Of a stretch of 64,000 nt of DNA, positions 1-13,122 are shown in pieces. The notes below the pieces were generated by a model that was given only the letters and a program-made list of their open reading frames with translations, ran no database searches and was not told the DNA's origin. The stretch is from Parasitella parasitica NRRL 2501 (lineage: Eukaryota > Fungi > Mucoromycota): contig MU619374.1 in assembly GCA_025201805.1 (NCBI GenBank), positions 1-64,000 of the forward strand, read 5' to 3'. The number at the start of each line of letters is the position of its first letter. The stretch's first letter is position 1. The translations under genes and the position numbers were made by a program.

Positions 1-216
1 CAAAATAGGCAGAGAAAAAGAAAAGTTCAAAATACTGATACTCTTGCTCAAAATAAGAAACCTAAATCATATCATGTAGATAACAAAACCTCCCAAAATG
101 ATCTAAAAAATAACAATTCGCTATCAACTCTAGATTCATGTAAAGAAAAGAATTCTGAAATCTTTTCAAAAATTGATAGATCAAATATTATAAAAGGAAA
201 GCGAAACCGTGAATGA
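1..216 (+). CDS. 3' end of an unidentified CDS running in from the left edge (partial)
   Basis: Frame 1 is open from base 1 to TGA at 214-216 (QNRQRKRKVQ...IDRSNIIKGKRNRE*), 71 sense codons in AT-rich DNA; no start inside the window. Confidence 0.45.
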   Translation, partial: QNRQRKRKVQNTDTLAQNKKPKSYHVDNKTSQNDLKNNNSLSTLDSCKEKNSEIFSKIDRSNIIKGKRNRE

Positions 217-2889
217 TTTAAGAAATGAAACTTTAATCACACTGGCAGGGGATAATGTTATAGATCAGCATAAACTGATCATCACATAAAAAGAATCTCC
301 ATAAATAGTGTGAATATGAACTTCAAATTATCCCAGAATATTCCACAAAGATTACAATCATCAAGACCAGGCTAGCATGGATTTAAGAAGACGTAATCCA
401 ATATCAAGAACAAATAGAAACAACTCCAACACTCGTCAAATCCGCCATTGGTTATCTCTTTATCAATCCTTGCTGCCAAGATGTCCTGGATGAATAATCC
501 AATATAATTTAGGTTCATATCCATAATCTTTTACCCTTGGAAAACTAGTATAAAAAGATAGTTTTTAATTGACATTTTGATGAGCTTCATCTAATAAATA
601 AACAACAGTTTTAAAAAGTATTTTTATATATATTTTCTACTAGTAATTTCACAGATATACTTCTTTTATTTTTCGGATACAGTTGAAAGCTGTGAATTAT
701 TACAAGTCTCTTTTTATTGTATTGAAATATCTGAAATATACATCAGATATACATATATATATAAGATATCAACAAGAAGCACATATACCGATGTGAAAAC
801 TGTACAAGCACGCTAAAAAGCTTCAATAAAGAGTAAATTATGGATTAATTTATATTTGACTGATACAGGCATAACCAGGACTATCTGAGCATTACTTGAT
901 TCAAACGGATTATATCATAATTAAGAGACGTTTGATCTAAGCTTCTGTTATGTAGATTATTCCATAAGTATCTTGTACAAGGTCTTATCATGCAATGTCT
1001 TGGAATCTAACGTAAATTAAAAGCAATTCTGCGTTACACTCCACAAGTCCCAGATAGCAAAACCTTTTTTATAGTTCACATAATGCAGACCCTAGTATAT
1101 TCAACAATATTTTGTATAAATACACCTTTACGAGGTATTCGTAGTAAAGTGTGATTCTTTGGGAGACTTATTCTACATTAACCTTTAGACATAACAGACA
1201 CATCCCAGGCCCTAACATGGTTATTTATAATTGAACATGGAGTTTGTCTCATGCTTGAATACCAAAATGAACAGCTACAAAGTGTAAAAGAGTGATATCC
1301 CTGAATCAAATATTAATGGTAAATTCACTAGATGAAAATCCGTAAGTCATTTTTCCGAGAATACTTCTTCTGTTAATATCACTACCGAAAGACACCTTAT
1401 TGAGGAAATTGTAGCAATTCAAGTATTCAGAAGAAACTTTGAAGCAAGTAGCCAACAAAAATCTGTACCTCTTGTTGCTTCAACTCGGGGGAAAAAAATA
1501 AAGCAAATCGTAAATGAACACTCACCAAAGCTAAAGGTCGCCAACACTACTTCATCCATTGAGAATGAAAGCATCCCACTCACTGAGATACAGAAAAAAT
1601 AGAGGTACATATTGATAAAACAGCAATTGCTTTACGGGATCTGATGGTCAGAAGTACTTTTACGACTCAACAGATATGAAATTTTAAGATTGAGTGTCGG
1701 TTGTCATTTGATCAATGTTGGCTATACCTTTGGTGTAATTATTAAACCCAAATACTTGATCTAAGATTTGCTGTGCCGTGTTCAGCAAATCTCTTAAATC
1801 AAAATATAGTTATGAGCTCCAACATAATACATCAGTCTACTGATATATAATGTAAACGCAAATAAATCTCAATTGCCAAATTATTGGATTCAAAATGGTA
1901 CATCCTATAATAGATTGATTAACCATCTAGCCAGCCAGCCAGCGAGTGGGCTTTAAAGCAAAAACTAAAGGTCCAGAGAAAATGACAACCATGTTCAGCA
2001 TTTTGTAGGTATAATAAGCAGAAACAAAAAATTGGAACTCCAAAGATGAATATAGAAGAGATATAAGGAACTTCCAGTCTCTCTTAAATGCACAAGAAAA
2101 GGATGCTGGTAGCATTGATGATGAAGACAGTAATGGTAGGACTCATGATGACAGTAGCAATTTCGCGCTTGCTCGACTTCTTTAAATCAAATGCTCAGGG
2201 ATGACTTGCTAAATGAAATTATTATTTGCTACTGAATAGTGCTATTATGACGGGGAGATTTTTATGTCAGAAAGAGAGATTATCCAACATAGTACTTCTC
2301 GTCTTCTTCGTGTTGGCCTTTCAAAGCTGCAATTGTATTTTCTGTTGTGCCAGAAAGGCATGATATTAAACAATTATTATATTGGTATGCAATCACAAGG
2401 AATAAGCTACTGATGTGCAATAACATGTAATCAACTTGGTATTAAATACCAAGTTCAATATTTAATAATGATGGCAAATAGTGTTACAATAGGTATAACC
2501 TAGTAGAAAAAGAAAAGAAAAAAAAAAAAAGAAAGGTACTTTCTTATTTTTATAAAGCTGTGCAGACTATTTTCATATATCCTCTGCGCATGTCATTTAC
2601 TATCTCGTCAAGGCAGATCTGAACAAATAAACTAAACTTGTTATCGTTACTACTCTTCTCGATTATTTAGGACTAGAACTATACCCTCAGATTTAGGAAA
2701 AAATTGACTAGAGATACTAGTTGCACTTCTCCATTACTGAAGTCTTTGCTCAGCAAGATCTTTTTTCTCCCGAACAAAATCATAGAGCCCGTTTTTAGCA
2801 TATTGCATTGACCATAGTCGGATATGCTAGTCTAGTGCGAGGCAAAGAATATTATTAGTACAATAAAATAAATGTTGCTTTAAATGCCA

Positions 2890-3270
2890 CTTACCGCTTG
2901 GCTGAATAAAATACAACTTGAGCTTACTAAACTCCTCAAATGATACATGTATGCTTGTATTGATCAGCTATCGTCTTACGCATAGAAAGCAAAGCAAACA
3001 TGCCTTTTGAGTTGTCAAAAGTTGTTTTTTGCATAGTCTTCGTGACCAAATGTGCCTGCTGTTTCCAAAGAAGAACATCTAAATCCTCATATGTTTCCCA
3101 AACAAATGATACCATCAGCTTTATATCTTTCGCTTGTCTGGTTCTTGTCAGTCTGGCAGTCATCACCTTCCAAGAACAAAATAAGGTGCATGTTCATTCT
3201 TCTCCATCATAGTAAATACAGCTTCGAAACAAGGAAATATCATATTAGCGTTGTATATAGCCTCTGAGCG
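2890..3270 (-). pseudogene. Frameshifted remnant of a PD-(D/E)xK-like (Crinkler/CR-REase-type) multicopy protein
   Basis: Minus-strand fragments in shifting frames: RSEAIYNANMIFPCFEAV..YFVLG / RYKADGIICL / EDLDVLL-ETAGTFGHED / TTFDNSKGMFALLSMRKTIADQYK / FEEFSKLKLYFIQPSG. Family recognised from memory. Confidence 0.55.
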
Positions 3271-3877
3271 GGTTACTGAGTTTCTTCAAATAAGTCTTGA
3301 CCCTAAATGCAACAAAAAATTATTACATCAATGGAATAATTCTGGTGATATTATACGTACATAATTTTGCAGATATTCTTGATGGATTTGCACGTTTTCT
3401 TTTGGCCTTCTAAAAAAGTCTTGCCCTCTATCCCCCCTTCGACGATACCTGATTAAGAACAATAAAAAAAACATATAAGCTGATTGAAGCTACAGTTCCA
3501 TAAAAGACTTATCCACAAACGAAATGGCTCTGTCTTTGAGAATATAGAACCCATTTCTTGTGGCATCATGCACATAAAAAGACGCTCATATTTGGGATCA
3601 GTCTTCCGCCTCTTGTTCTTTATAGTTTTGATCATCGTTGTAGATCCAGTAGAAATTGTATTTCAAAATTGGTTCATTGCATCTTTTAAGATACTGCTAT
3701 TTTTGATGGGAACTGTTTTGTTCAAGGTTCAACGATGTTGTACAGAGATATTTTGTAGCGCATTGCAAAGGCTGCTTTCAATTTATCAGATGCAGCTATA
3801 GACACCACTTTAATGACGCTTTTTGGCAAGAATTTTGGTTGACATATTCTCCCTTCCTTTCATTCGCGCACTCGATT

Positions 3878-4966
3878 ATGGTCACAGACACAGAGCTCAT
3901 CAAGATTACAGAGGATGGACAGGTTACAAAGAGGATAATCAGACCAGGCATTGGAAAAACACCTGAAAAGTACAACACAGTTACAGGTACTTGGGGTCTT
4001 GCTTGTGCGTAATCATTAGCTTGTTGACGCCGTCTGTGTCACTATATAGTACACTATGACTCCTACATTGCAGACACTGGCGTCTTGTTTGATTCTTCAC
4101 GCGAACGCAGATCCGAATTCACCTTTACTCTGGAAAATGGTAAGCTACAGCCTTCTAATCTTCAGCCGCTTGTCGATTGGCTGATAAAATTTGACATCCA
4201 TAGGCAAAGTAATCCAGGCTTGGGAACTTGCCATTCCTACAATGAAAGTGGGCGAAAAGGCAGAGATCATATGCACAAGCAACTATGGCTATGGCGATGA
4301 GGGTCGACAATATATTGTACCGCCCAAGGCAAAGCTGAGATTTGAAGTTGATTTGCTTGGTTTTTGGGAGGTAGGGCCGTTGCATTAGTATGCGCAAACA
4401 TGTCAGCTAACCACCGCGATAGGCTGCGGGATCTGCCAAAGAGCGCATTCAGGCAGCCGAAAAGAAGAAGGAAGAGGGAAATGTATTTTTTCAAGCAGGA
4501 GCCATAGACGAAGCCTTGTTTGCATACAGGAAAGCTAGAGAATACATTAAAGATCTGTGGAATTGCGAGCCTGAAGAGCTGGAGACATGCCGGTTTATGA
4601 TGGTAGCACTTCAATTGAACATTGGTGCATGTCACCTCAAATTGAAGAATTACGAGTTTGCAATTGAAGTGTGTAAAAGAGCACTGGACAGAGATTCATC
4701 AAGTGTCAAAGCGTATTATCGCTTGGGGCAAGCTTATCTAGAAACAGGGGACTATGATCAAGGCATAGAGTTTGTGAATATGGGTCTCCAGGTAGGGTTA
4801 ACAAAAGCACCACATTTGCCTCTCTTTTTTCCCCAACCCAACTGACCATAATCCGTAGTATGATACAAACAATTCTGCTTTAAAATCCCTGCTGAGATCA
4901 CTAGAAGCTAGAAAGCACAAATACAGCAAGGACAGCAAAAGGATATATGCAAAGATGTGTAAATAG
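3878..4966 (+). CDS. FKBP-type peptidyl-prolyl isomerase with C-terminal TPR repeats (5 exons)
   Basis: Spliced reading MVTDTELIKITEDGQVTKRIIRPG..VHYDSY..FDSSRER..KVIQAWELAIPTMKVGEKAEIIC..YGYG..PPKAKLRFEVDLL, then TPR (KEEGNVFFK, NIGACHLKLK, KAYYRLGQA); ends KRIYAKMCK* at 4964-4966. Confidence 0.9.
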
Positions 4967-5007
4967 AGCATTTGATTTTATGCTATTTGTCGATAAAGGA
5001 GCATTCT

Positions 5008-5010
<3 letters not shown>

Positions 5011-5048
<38 letters not shown>
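5011..5048. repeat. Poly(T) tract between convergent FKBP-TPR and VMA13 genes
   Basis: About 38 consecutive T. Confidence 0.9.
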
Positions 5049-5051
<3 letters not shown>

Positions 5052-5052
5052 A

Positions 5053-6533
5053 CTACCATGCTTGGTGCATGTATTTTTGAACAGCCAATAGGGCCTGGTA
5101 TCTGACTTCTTGATCATCGTGGGTCATGAGTTCCATGATGCGTTGCTTTGCACCAATGTCTTGCAAAATGTTCCTGCCAGCCTTGGAAGAATGCTTGACA
5201 TAATAGCCAATATCGCTAGCAGCAATCGACAAGACCAATGGATTAGCAGACGTGCTTAGGAGACGAGCAAGTGTGCGAAGCAACTGATAATTGTGTTGTT
5301 CGAGCTTACTCGAGTTTTCCTTCCAGAAGAGTTCCGATTTATGAGGAGGAGACCATTCCAACTTACCCGTCTCTACTTCAGACGCATACTGTTCAAACGT
5401 AGTGAGACTCTGGAAATCCTCTTGCAATCTCTCCTTAATGTAATCAATGTCTTCCAGGATGTCAGCATCAGACCATTTACGAGCGCTCAAATTTTCGGTA
5501 AAAGGCAACAGTTTAGCAACCAACATGGCAGCCAGGTTCTGAGAGGGCGCCTTTTCGACTAGATTCTTCAATGTAGCAACTGATACACGAATCACTTTTT
5601 CCTTGACTGCAGATTTAGCGATTTCTACCAACAACGGGATAACGTCGTACTTTCTATTCTATGTGAGTGTGTGTGTTTTTTGGCCACGGTATGACTTACT
5701 GATTGATTTGAGCTGCAATTTCCTTTTCAAAGGTAAGGAGCCATAGACAAAAGATGATCTGGTATTGGATCTGAGGCGTCGAGGCAGACTTGTTCAAGAA
5801 AAGACGATGAATCAACCTGACAAAAAAGTAGCGTAAGTTTCAAGGGCTCGTGGGACGATAAAAAAAACACATACTCTTTGATTGCATTTTGAGTGTTCCA
5901 GACAGATAGGCGATATTTGTCGACACGCAGCAATGACTCTAGTTCCTGAATGACCAGGTTTACAACGTCGTTTTGTGAGCCGGTCAGCTTCCTGGTAATC
6001 CAGTTGAAAAGAGCAGAAAGATCAACTGAGCAAGATGACGGGGCGGAACTGTGAAGATGGGGGGGTTAGTGAACGAATGCTGGGAATCTCTGCGGCTATA
6101 CATACCAGGCAAGGATGGTCAGAACCTTGGATGTTTCAAGAGCCATGAATTCGTCATCAGATTCAAGAATTCTGATAAAGGGAGCAAAGGGAAAGGAAGC
6201 GTCGTCTTGAGATGTTTGATGAAAGTAGCGGGCATTGTCGTCGTTTGCTGCACAAAATACACTGTTAGCTTAAGCGATGTCTAAAAGTAAATGGATGGCT
6301 TTTACCAGAAAGAATATCGTCAGTCATCAAACATACATATTGGATGGTATCAGGTCTCGATAGGTTCTGCAAAAGATACAAGATAAGAGAAGCGTACGTT
6401 TGACCCTTTTGATTCATGGCATCTTGAATAACATGGGGAGGCTTCTTATCGATAGCCTTGATAAGCTCGACTTGCTCATGTGTCAGTAGGCTGGCGCGTT
6501 CATAGCCCTAATACAGACGAGGTCAGAATACTC

Positions 6534-6570
<37 letters not shown>

Positions 6571-6682
6571 CTGTTATGCTTACCTCCCAAAGGATGGGCT
6601 TTTGTCTTATTATGGACGCCTTCTTCTCCAAGTAGGGATTTGATACAAGCACAAGTGGTACTTCGGGGATTTGGTCTGCCAT
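5053..6682 (-). CDS. VMA13: V-type ATPase V1 subunit H (multi-exon)
   Basis: N-terminus MADQIPEVPLVLVSNPYLE..IRQKPILWE; C-terminal exon with AVKEKVIRV, LTTFEQYASEVETGKLEWSPPHKSELFWKEN, GAKQRIMELMTHDDQEVRYQALLAVQ. Confidence 0.95.
6535..6570. repeat. (GCA)n microsatellite in VMA13 intron 1
   Basis: gcagcagcag... run of about 10 units. Confidence 0.85.
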
Positions 6683-7470
6683 ATTATGTATTTGTCTTGA
6701 AGAAAAAAGCAGTGGTTGTGCACATGGAAAGGATGATGAAACCCGACTTTTTTCCAGCTGTGACGTTGCAAACAGAGTCTACAGCATGACCCATCGACTC
6801 TCTGCACATCTTGGCTTGTCTTGCCGGTTTCCTCTACTCGAGTACTTGCTAATACACTTTTCACAGCCTCAAAACTCTCCTGTGGTTTCAACGCTGGCTC
6901 TACAACTTAAAGTCTTGGCTGAAACAAAAGATTAATGCACTTGTAGTTGGAACCAGCGCTTGGAATGTGCCCTTGAGGAAATCGTCATTAGTTCCAGCAG
7001 GTTCTTCATGAGGCAAGTCCACGGTGAACGGAGAGAGTAAATATCGACAACAACACAAGAGGATTGTTGTCTGCCATGCCTTATCTCGAAATTTTGAGCA
7101 GAATCGTTAAAAATTCAATCACCCTAGTTGGACCATCTATAGTCGACACGCAGAGTCAAAATAAAAATAAAAAAAACTGTGCCCAAGTCTCCCATCGTCT
7201 GTGGCAAACATTACAGCATTTTGATTTTCACTTTTAATGTGTTGTGTTACAGAAACCATTCAATCGTCAATACGACTTTTAAGATGTCGAGGCTTACATA
7301 TACGGCAAATCATGATCACAAACAGTGCTCTTTAAGGGGCAATTGTTGGGTACCCCAGGCTTGGAATCGATATTGACAATCAACAATGATACGTTTTCAA
7401 TGTCGATGTATAGGGTAATGAAAGCTGTATTCTTTTATTTTATAAAATTAAAACTGTTATTTACATAAAT

Positions 7471-9220
7471 TTATTTCTTGGCGCCAAACATCTTCATGAG
7501 AGCCTCGGTAGAGAAAGACTTGGGGCGCTCCAAAGGCTACAAAAACGAGTTAGAAAATTGGCTCAACACAAAGTTGGGTTGTATACTTACAGCACCGAGA
7601 GCACGATCCCAGATCAACTGAGATGTAACACCAAGGGCACGAGAAACACCAAAGAGAACAGTGTAGTAATCTTGTTCGGTGAGGCCGTAGTATTGGAGGA
7701 GGACGCCAGAGTGAGCATCGACATTAGGCCAGGGGTTCTTGGTCTTGCCGTGTTCAGTGAGAACTCCAGGCTAAAAAGAGCAAATAATAACGGGTTAGAC
7801 AATACGCACTTAAAACTCCATCCATCTGTTTGCAGCAGAACAGGACCCAAGCAAACAAATATACTTACAATAATATGGTACAATTTGGAAACCAAGCCGA
7901 AGAGAGGATCATCGGGCAAGTGCTTCAATGCGAATTCACGTTGAGCAGTGTAGCGGGGGTCAGTCTTGCGCAAAACAGCATGGCCATAACCAGGAACAAC
8001 TTGGCCGCCATTGAGGGTATCCCAGAGGTACTTTTTGATTTGTTCTTCAGAGGCGTCAATACCGATGCTGTCCTTCAACTTCAAGGTCCAGCGGAGGACT
8101 TCTTGGTTAGCTAAACCGTGAAGAGGACCAGCCAAACCGTTCAAACCGGCGGCGAAAGAGAGATAGGGATCAGAGAGAGCAGAGCCAACCAAGTGGGTAC
8201 TATAATAATACAGCTGTTACTAAACTACAGACCGTGATGCCATACCATTCAACTTACGTGTGAGCAGAGACATTGCCACCTTCGTGGTCAGAGTGGATTG
8301 TGAGGTAGAGACGCATCAACTCAACAAAGTCCTTGTTTTCTTCAAAGCCCAAAAGCTTGGAGAAATTGTAAGAGTAATCCTTGTCGGCCTCGATCTCGGC
8401 GAGCTTACCATCCTTGTAGATGTTGCGGTAGATGCGAGCTGCAACCTTGGGAAGTTTGGCAATCAAGTCCATGGTATCTTCAAAGGTAGGATCCCAGTAT
8501 TGAGACTTGTGGATGCCTTCAGTGTATGCCTTGGCGAATTGGGAGTCGTGCTGGAGGGCATTGACAGCAAGGGAGAATTGAGACATGGGGTGGAGAGTCT
8601 TGGGACAACGGTCAATAAGCTCCTCGACAAACTCAGGGATGTCAGAACGAGCAGCCCATTCAGCAGAGAGAGCCTTGACTTGCTCATGGGTAGGGACTTC
8701 ACCTGTCACGAGCAACCAAAAGAGAGATTCGGGAAGAGGCTCACCACCGTTTTCAGCACCAGGAAGAGCCTTTTGGCAATCAGGGATGGTCAAGCCACGG
8801 AAACGAATACCCTCTTCAGCATCCAGAACGGAACCCTCCCAAACAAGACCTTTGATGCCACGCATACCACCATAAGCCTGGTCGAGTGTAACCTCACCGA
8901 GAGCCTTGGAACCGTACTCCTTCTTGAAAGCCTTGACCTTGGCTTGCTCTTCGGGGATGAGTTCAGAAAGACGCTCCTTCAAAGACTATAGAACGATGCT
9001 GCTTAGAGATGCAGATCTTAAGAGTTTAATTTCTTATTTTGCGTTACCTTTGTCTTGGATGAATAAGCACGAGTGGCACCGACAGCCATAGAAGGTGCAA
9101 AACGGAAGGAAGTTTGTTGAGTGGCAGCCTACAAATTGGGAGACATTAGCTTACAATTATACGACAACACTGGCTAGATCTAACCTTGGTAGCAGAAGTG
9201 AATGCACGGAGAGCAGACAT
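7471..9220 (-). CDS. CIT1: Mitochondrial citrate synthase (multi-exon)
   Basis: Presequence-like [12 protein letters not shown]; [73 protein letters not shown]; stop TAA at 7471-7473. Confidence 0.97.
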
Positions 9221-10549
9221 TTTTTTTTTTATGAAATTATGAAAAATGGAAAAGAAGAAGAAACAAGATAATTTAACGCGCAAAAGACGGCTTTTATACT
9301 AAAATGCTTATATAAGGATCCGGGATAAATTTCCTGTTAATGATGGGGAAATGGCCAATCCTGCAGGGGTCTCCAAGATTTCCAACAGTGTTACTCGCTA
9401 CACAATCGAAAAAAAAAAAAAAAAAAAAAGAGACCTGAAAAAGCATCAAACATGATGTCACAAAGCTAAACAAGTCGATACACAGAGAGGAGCATTCCTA
9501 AAGTCTTATCCAACCCCACCTCGGTCATTAAAATTCGGCACCAAGTGGGACATAACCTTGTCTTGTTTTGTAAATGATGCTTATAAATTTTATATTATTT
9601 TAGACATGAACGCGGCGTGCATTTCGTTAGGAAATGACAAAGCATCATTCCTATCGCCTTTCCCTCTTCAAACCAAATAAATCAATATATATGCACTTGT
9701 CGCAATATTTTACAGTATCAACCACACAACTAGATGGTGTTTTCCATTTTGCAGTAGAATAGCTGGAAAACAGCTTGTCTCACAAGAGATAAGATAAGAT
9801 TCATGAAATTTTAGTCCTGTATTTGTAACATTGTATGACATTGCCTCAGGAACAAGCTACTTGATATGCTTTTGTGTGAAACGGATGGCCATATTTGTAA
9901 TTCCGTCTGTATTCTGCTTCCCCACATTATAAATTTGTCTTGGTAATCAAGATTATCCTTATATTTGCATAAACAGAAAAATCTGCAAAGATCACAAATA
10001 ATACTAGATAGACATGCATACGTCTTGCTCATTGTGGGCATAATATCCTTCTTGATGGTTAAACCAATCTGACAAGATATAGCTAACAATCTGACATAAA
10101 TATTTTACCCGTACATCTCCACTACTACGGTTCCTATTGGGTTCAAAAAAGCCATTTGTTTCTGTAATTTGTGAGAAAAAAAAAAAGACTCATCCAGTTA
10201 AATCGAGTGCGCTTAATTCGATGCGGACATTCCAAATCCTTAAATCGGATTGCTAGACACATGGGACACTATTTTATGTAAACCAGCTGCTGCATTGATA
10301 GCTATTCATCCAAAAAAACGATTTATGTCAAGTATTTTTATTGTATCGCCTCCATAATCGCTGTCATGTTATTGTATATTTTGAACTTTTGAGCACATGT
10401 TGTAGAGAATAAAATGATTATTAAAAAAAAAAGCCCTCCCTTTTTATACGAAATCCATTAGAATTATACCCTGTTGTCTCTAAACCCTACATCTTATATT
10501 TAATTGGCCACTACCAGTTTTCGTACAACTAGAACTTTGAAAACCGTTC

Positions 10550-11950
10550 CCACACTTGCTTCAGTATTGACAAGAGGAAAACTCTTAAACATGACTATCT
10601 CTGTCAACTTTGCAAGACAACCCAGTCCTGAGGCCAAATTGCCAATGCCATTGGCAAAGTACCCTTAGATTGTTGTGTCTTTTAAAAGGACGTTTAACAA
10701 AGCCATCTCTCCATTGTGTAATGAAACGATCTTTGACTGTATAATCATCGATTTTCAGACACTTTTTCCCTTTCGCTTTGCAGAAATGCTTTCAACTTGA
10801 ATTTTTTATAATATTTGTCCGTTCAGCTTTAACCTACAAGTGTATCAGATCTTAGCTTTGCCTGTATCCAGCTTTTTTTATACTCTCGTCATATAGCCTC
10901 ACCTAACAATGCGACGTTGCGTGTTTGTCTTTATTAAAAGATATGGTTCCTCTATATTGCAACTACTAAAGCATCATTGACATCGAAATAATCATGATGC
11001 CTGGTTAAAGAATTATGTATTCAACTCTAAATTAAAGCAATGCATTATTTGAAACGAGAGCCGAACCCACGTCCAAGATCGCTCACTCCCGTAAGCCGCT
11101 ACTGTTTGAACGCCATTTTCTATGATAGAGCTTCATCTATTCTCTTCTATCATAGATTGACTATTACTAGAATAAGTGCAACGATGTGCTAACATTGATC
11201 TGATGCGAATAGGTTTGTTCCAAACCATCAACGGCTGAGCACTGATGTAGTCTTCTATTTATGAAGTAGCCAAGCCGGTATTAGGATTGATTTGCCTGGG
11301 GCGTCAAGTGAGAATGTGAGGTAAAGTCTAGTAGTTAAAAAGGCTCGCATCATTTAAATCTAAGACCATCATGTTGCCTGTATCTTTAGTATCTTCGAGT
11401 TTCTTACTGAATATATTTGTGGTCAAAACATTGAATTTCACACCCAAATTCTAAAACCTATTGTATAGCTTCTAATGAGATGTGGAACCACCCATTTTAA
11501 AAAATATTATCTCCATAATCTTAATAATGCCATGATCCACGCCACTGATTACGACTGTTGTCAGATCCATGTCTTCATTCCTTGATACTTACAATGAAGG
11601 GCTTAAATGGTATTAAATTTAAGTCATCCCTTAAAATTTTTCTATATTCACCTCTCTTTCGACTCAGCGTCTACGCTCTTCTTTTGTATCTCGAATAGCT
11701 ATCGTTAATTACCCCTTTTTGCGATTCTTTGAATGCTGTTTTCATCGTTGCGGACAATCTTAATGTTACTGCCATCTGGTTTCAATATTTTAGGAAACAA
11801 CAAAGTGAATTTGGGGGCCTACTTGTTAAAGCCAAAGGTGTAATTAGATGCCTGCTCTATGGTAGCACCAATTGTACTATCATAGTAAGTGAATTAAAAT
11901 TCAATAAAATCAAAAACCTTCGAAATTTAAAAGGTGAAAAATGAGTGAAA
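10550..11950 (-). pseudogene. Highly decayed coding-like or transposon-like remnant
   Basis: Short coding-like minus-strand stretches (ILKPDGSNIKIVRNDENSIQRIAKRG; TKDTGNMMVLDLNDASLFNY; GEAI..RSDTLV..FCKAKGKK) broken by stops inside a 3 kb gene-free gap. Confidence 0.25.
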
Positions 11951-12388
11951 GTTACTGTATATCTCCATGCATTTGATACAGTAAAATTAAGTGCTGACTT
12001 GTCACGAAACCTCGTTCGAAGGTAAGTAAGCAACTATAAAAAGTGGAGATAACTCAATATTAATCGAGCGCTGCATCTTTGGTCTTGAACTTTTCATACT
12101 ATTGGGTATAAGTAACATTTCAATTTATAAATTGTTTATAAAAAGTAGCTTGCTATATCGTTTCAGTATACGCACAGGGCTCTTTTGAACTCATTGGTTG
12201 TTACACATATAGGGATACGTTTAGGAAGGTTTTTATGTTGGTCTGGATACACTGGTTCAGTCAGAGAACGAGGGCAGTAGATACGACGGCGACGACTAGA
12301 AATTAATTTATTCAATACTATAATAATGATAGCAAAAAAAAAAAAAAAAATTACACAAGATGATAACAATAAAAAGCTGTACAAGAAA

Positions 12389-13045
12389 TCATGGGCGACA
12401 TAGAGTTGGAGCACCATTTGAAGTGGATGTAGTCGTGTGTTCGATATGGTTAGCAGTAAATTTAAGGGGTGGGTCTACTCGTGTGGTTGATTTGCTTGAT
12501 CTGTCAGACGACGCTGACGGCTGAGAGCTCTCACTCGTTCCGCAGTGATTGGTATCTAGTTGGAAGAACTTGATTAATGAGTCTGGATGATGAATTGATC
12601 GAATCAGGATTAATACATTCACCGTAAACTGGGTCATCTGGTCTAACAGCTGGCACACCTCCATGGCCTGATTCGAGATCAGTTGTTTGATCCTCGTGGG
12701 TGAACAAATCAGAGGGGCTGTTGGACCTCGGTGGAAATGGCTTTTCAGAATTCTGTGCGGCTAGTGAAGGGTAATATTGTCTATAAGCAAAGTAAGCAAA
12801 TGCTGTGCCTTGAATTGCATTCATGTAATGTGAGCATAGTATGAGCAAAAATGATGCGATCATTTGCACTCACCAATGATCCCGCCAACAAACACATCCG
12901 CCCAATGATGGCGGTAGTCATGCAAACGGGAAATCGCAATCAGTAACGCTCCCAAAAAGGGGATGCAGAACACAAAGCTCTTGTAGGTGTGCTATTTTAC
13001 AAGAAATCGTATGAAAAGCTGTACAATATTGCGAANNNNNNNNNN

Positions 13046-13122
<77 letters not shown>

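Noticed and set aside
7471-7500. Cryptic peroxisomal signal on citrate synthase
   Set aside because: The protein ends GAKK with TAA; there is no PTS1 and no TGA-CTA readthrough context.
8260-8991. 243-aa plus-strand ORF antisense to citrate synthase, and similar shadows over RPL19, GH27 and the PPR gene
   Set aside because: They mirror the codon frame of strongly biased genes and show no motifs; these are expected antisense artefacts.
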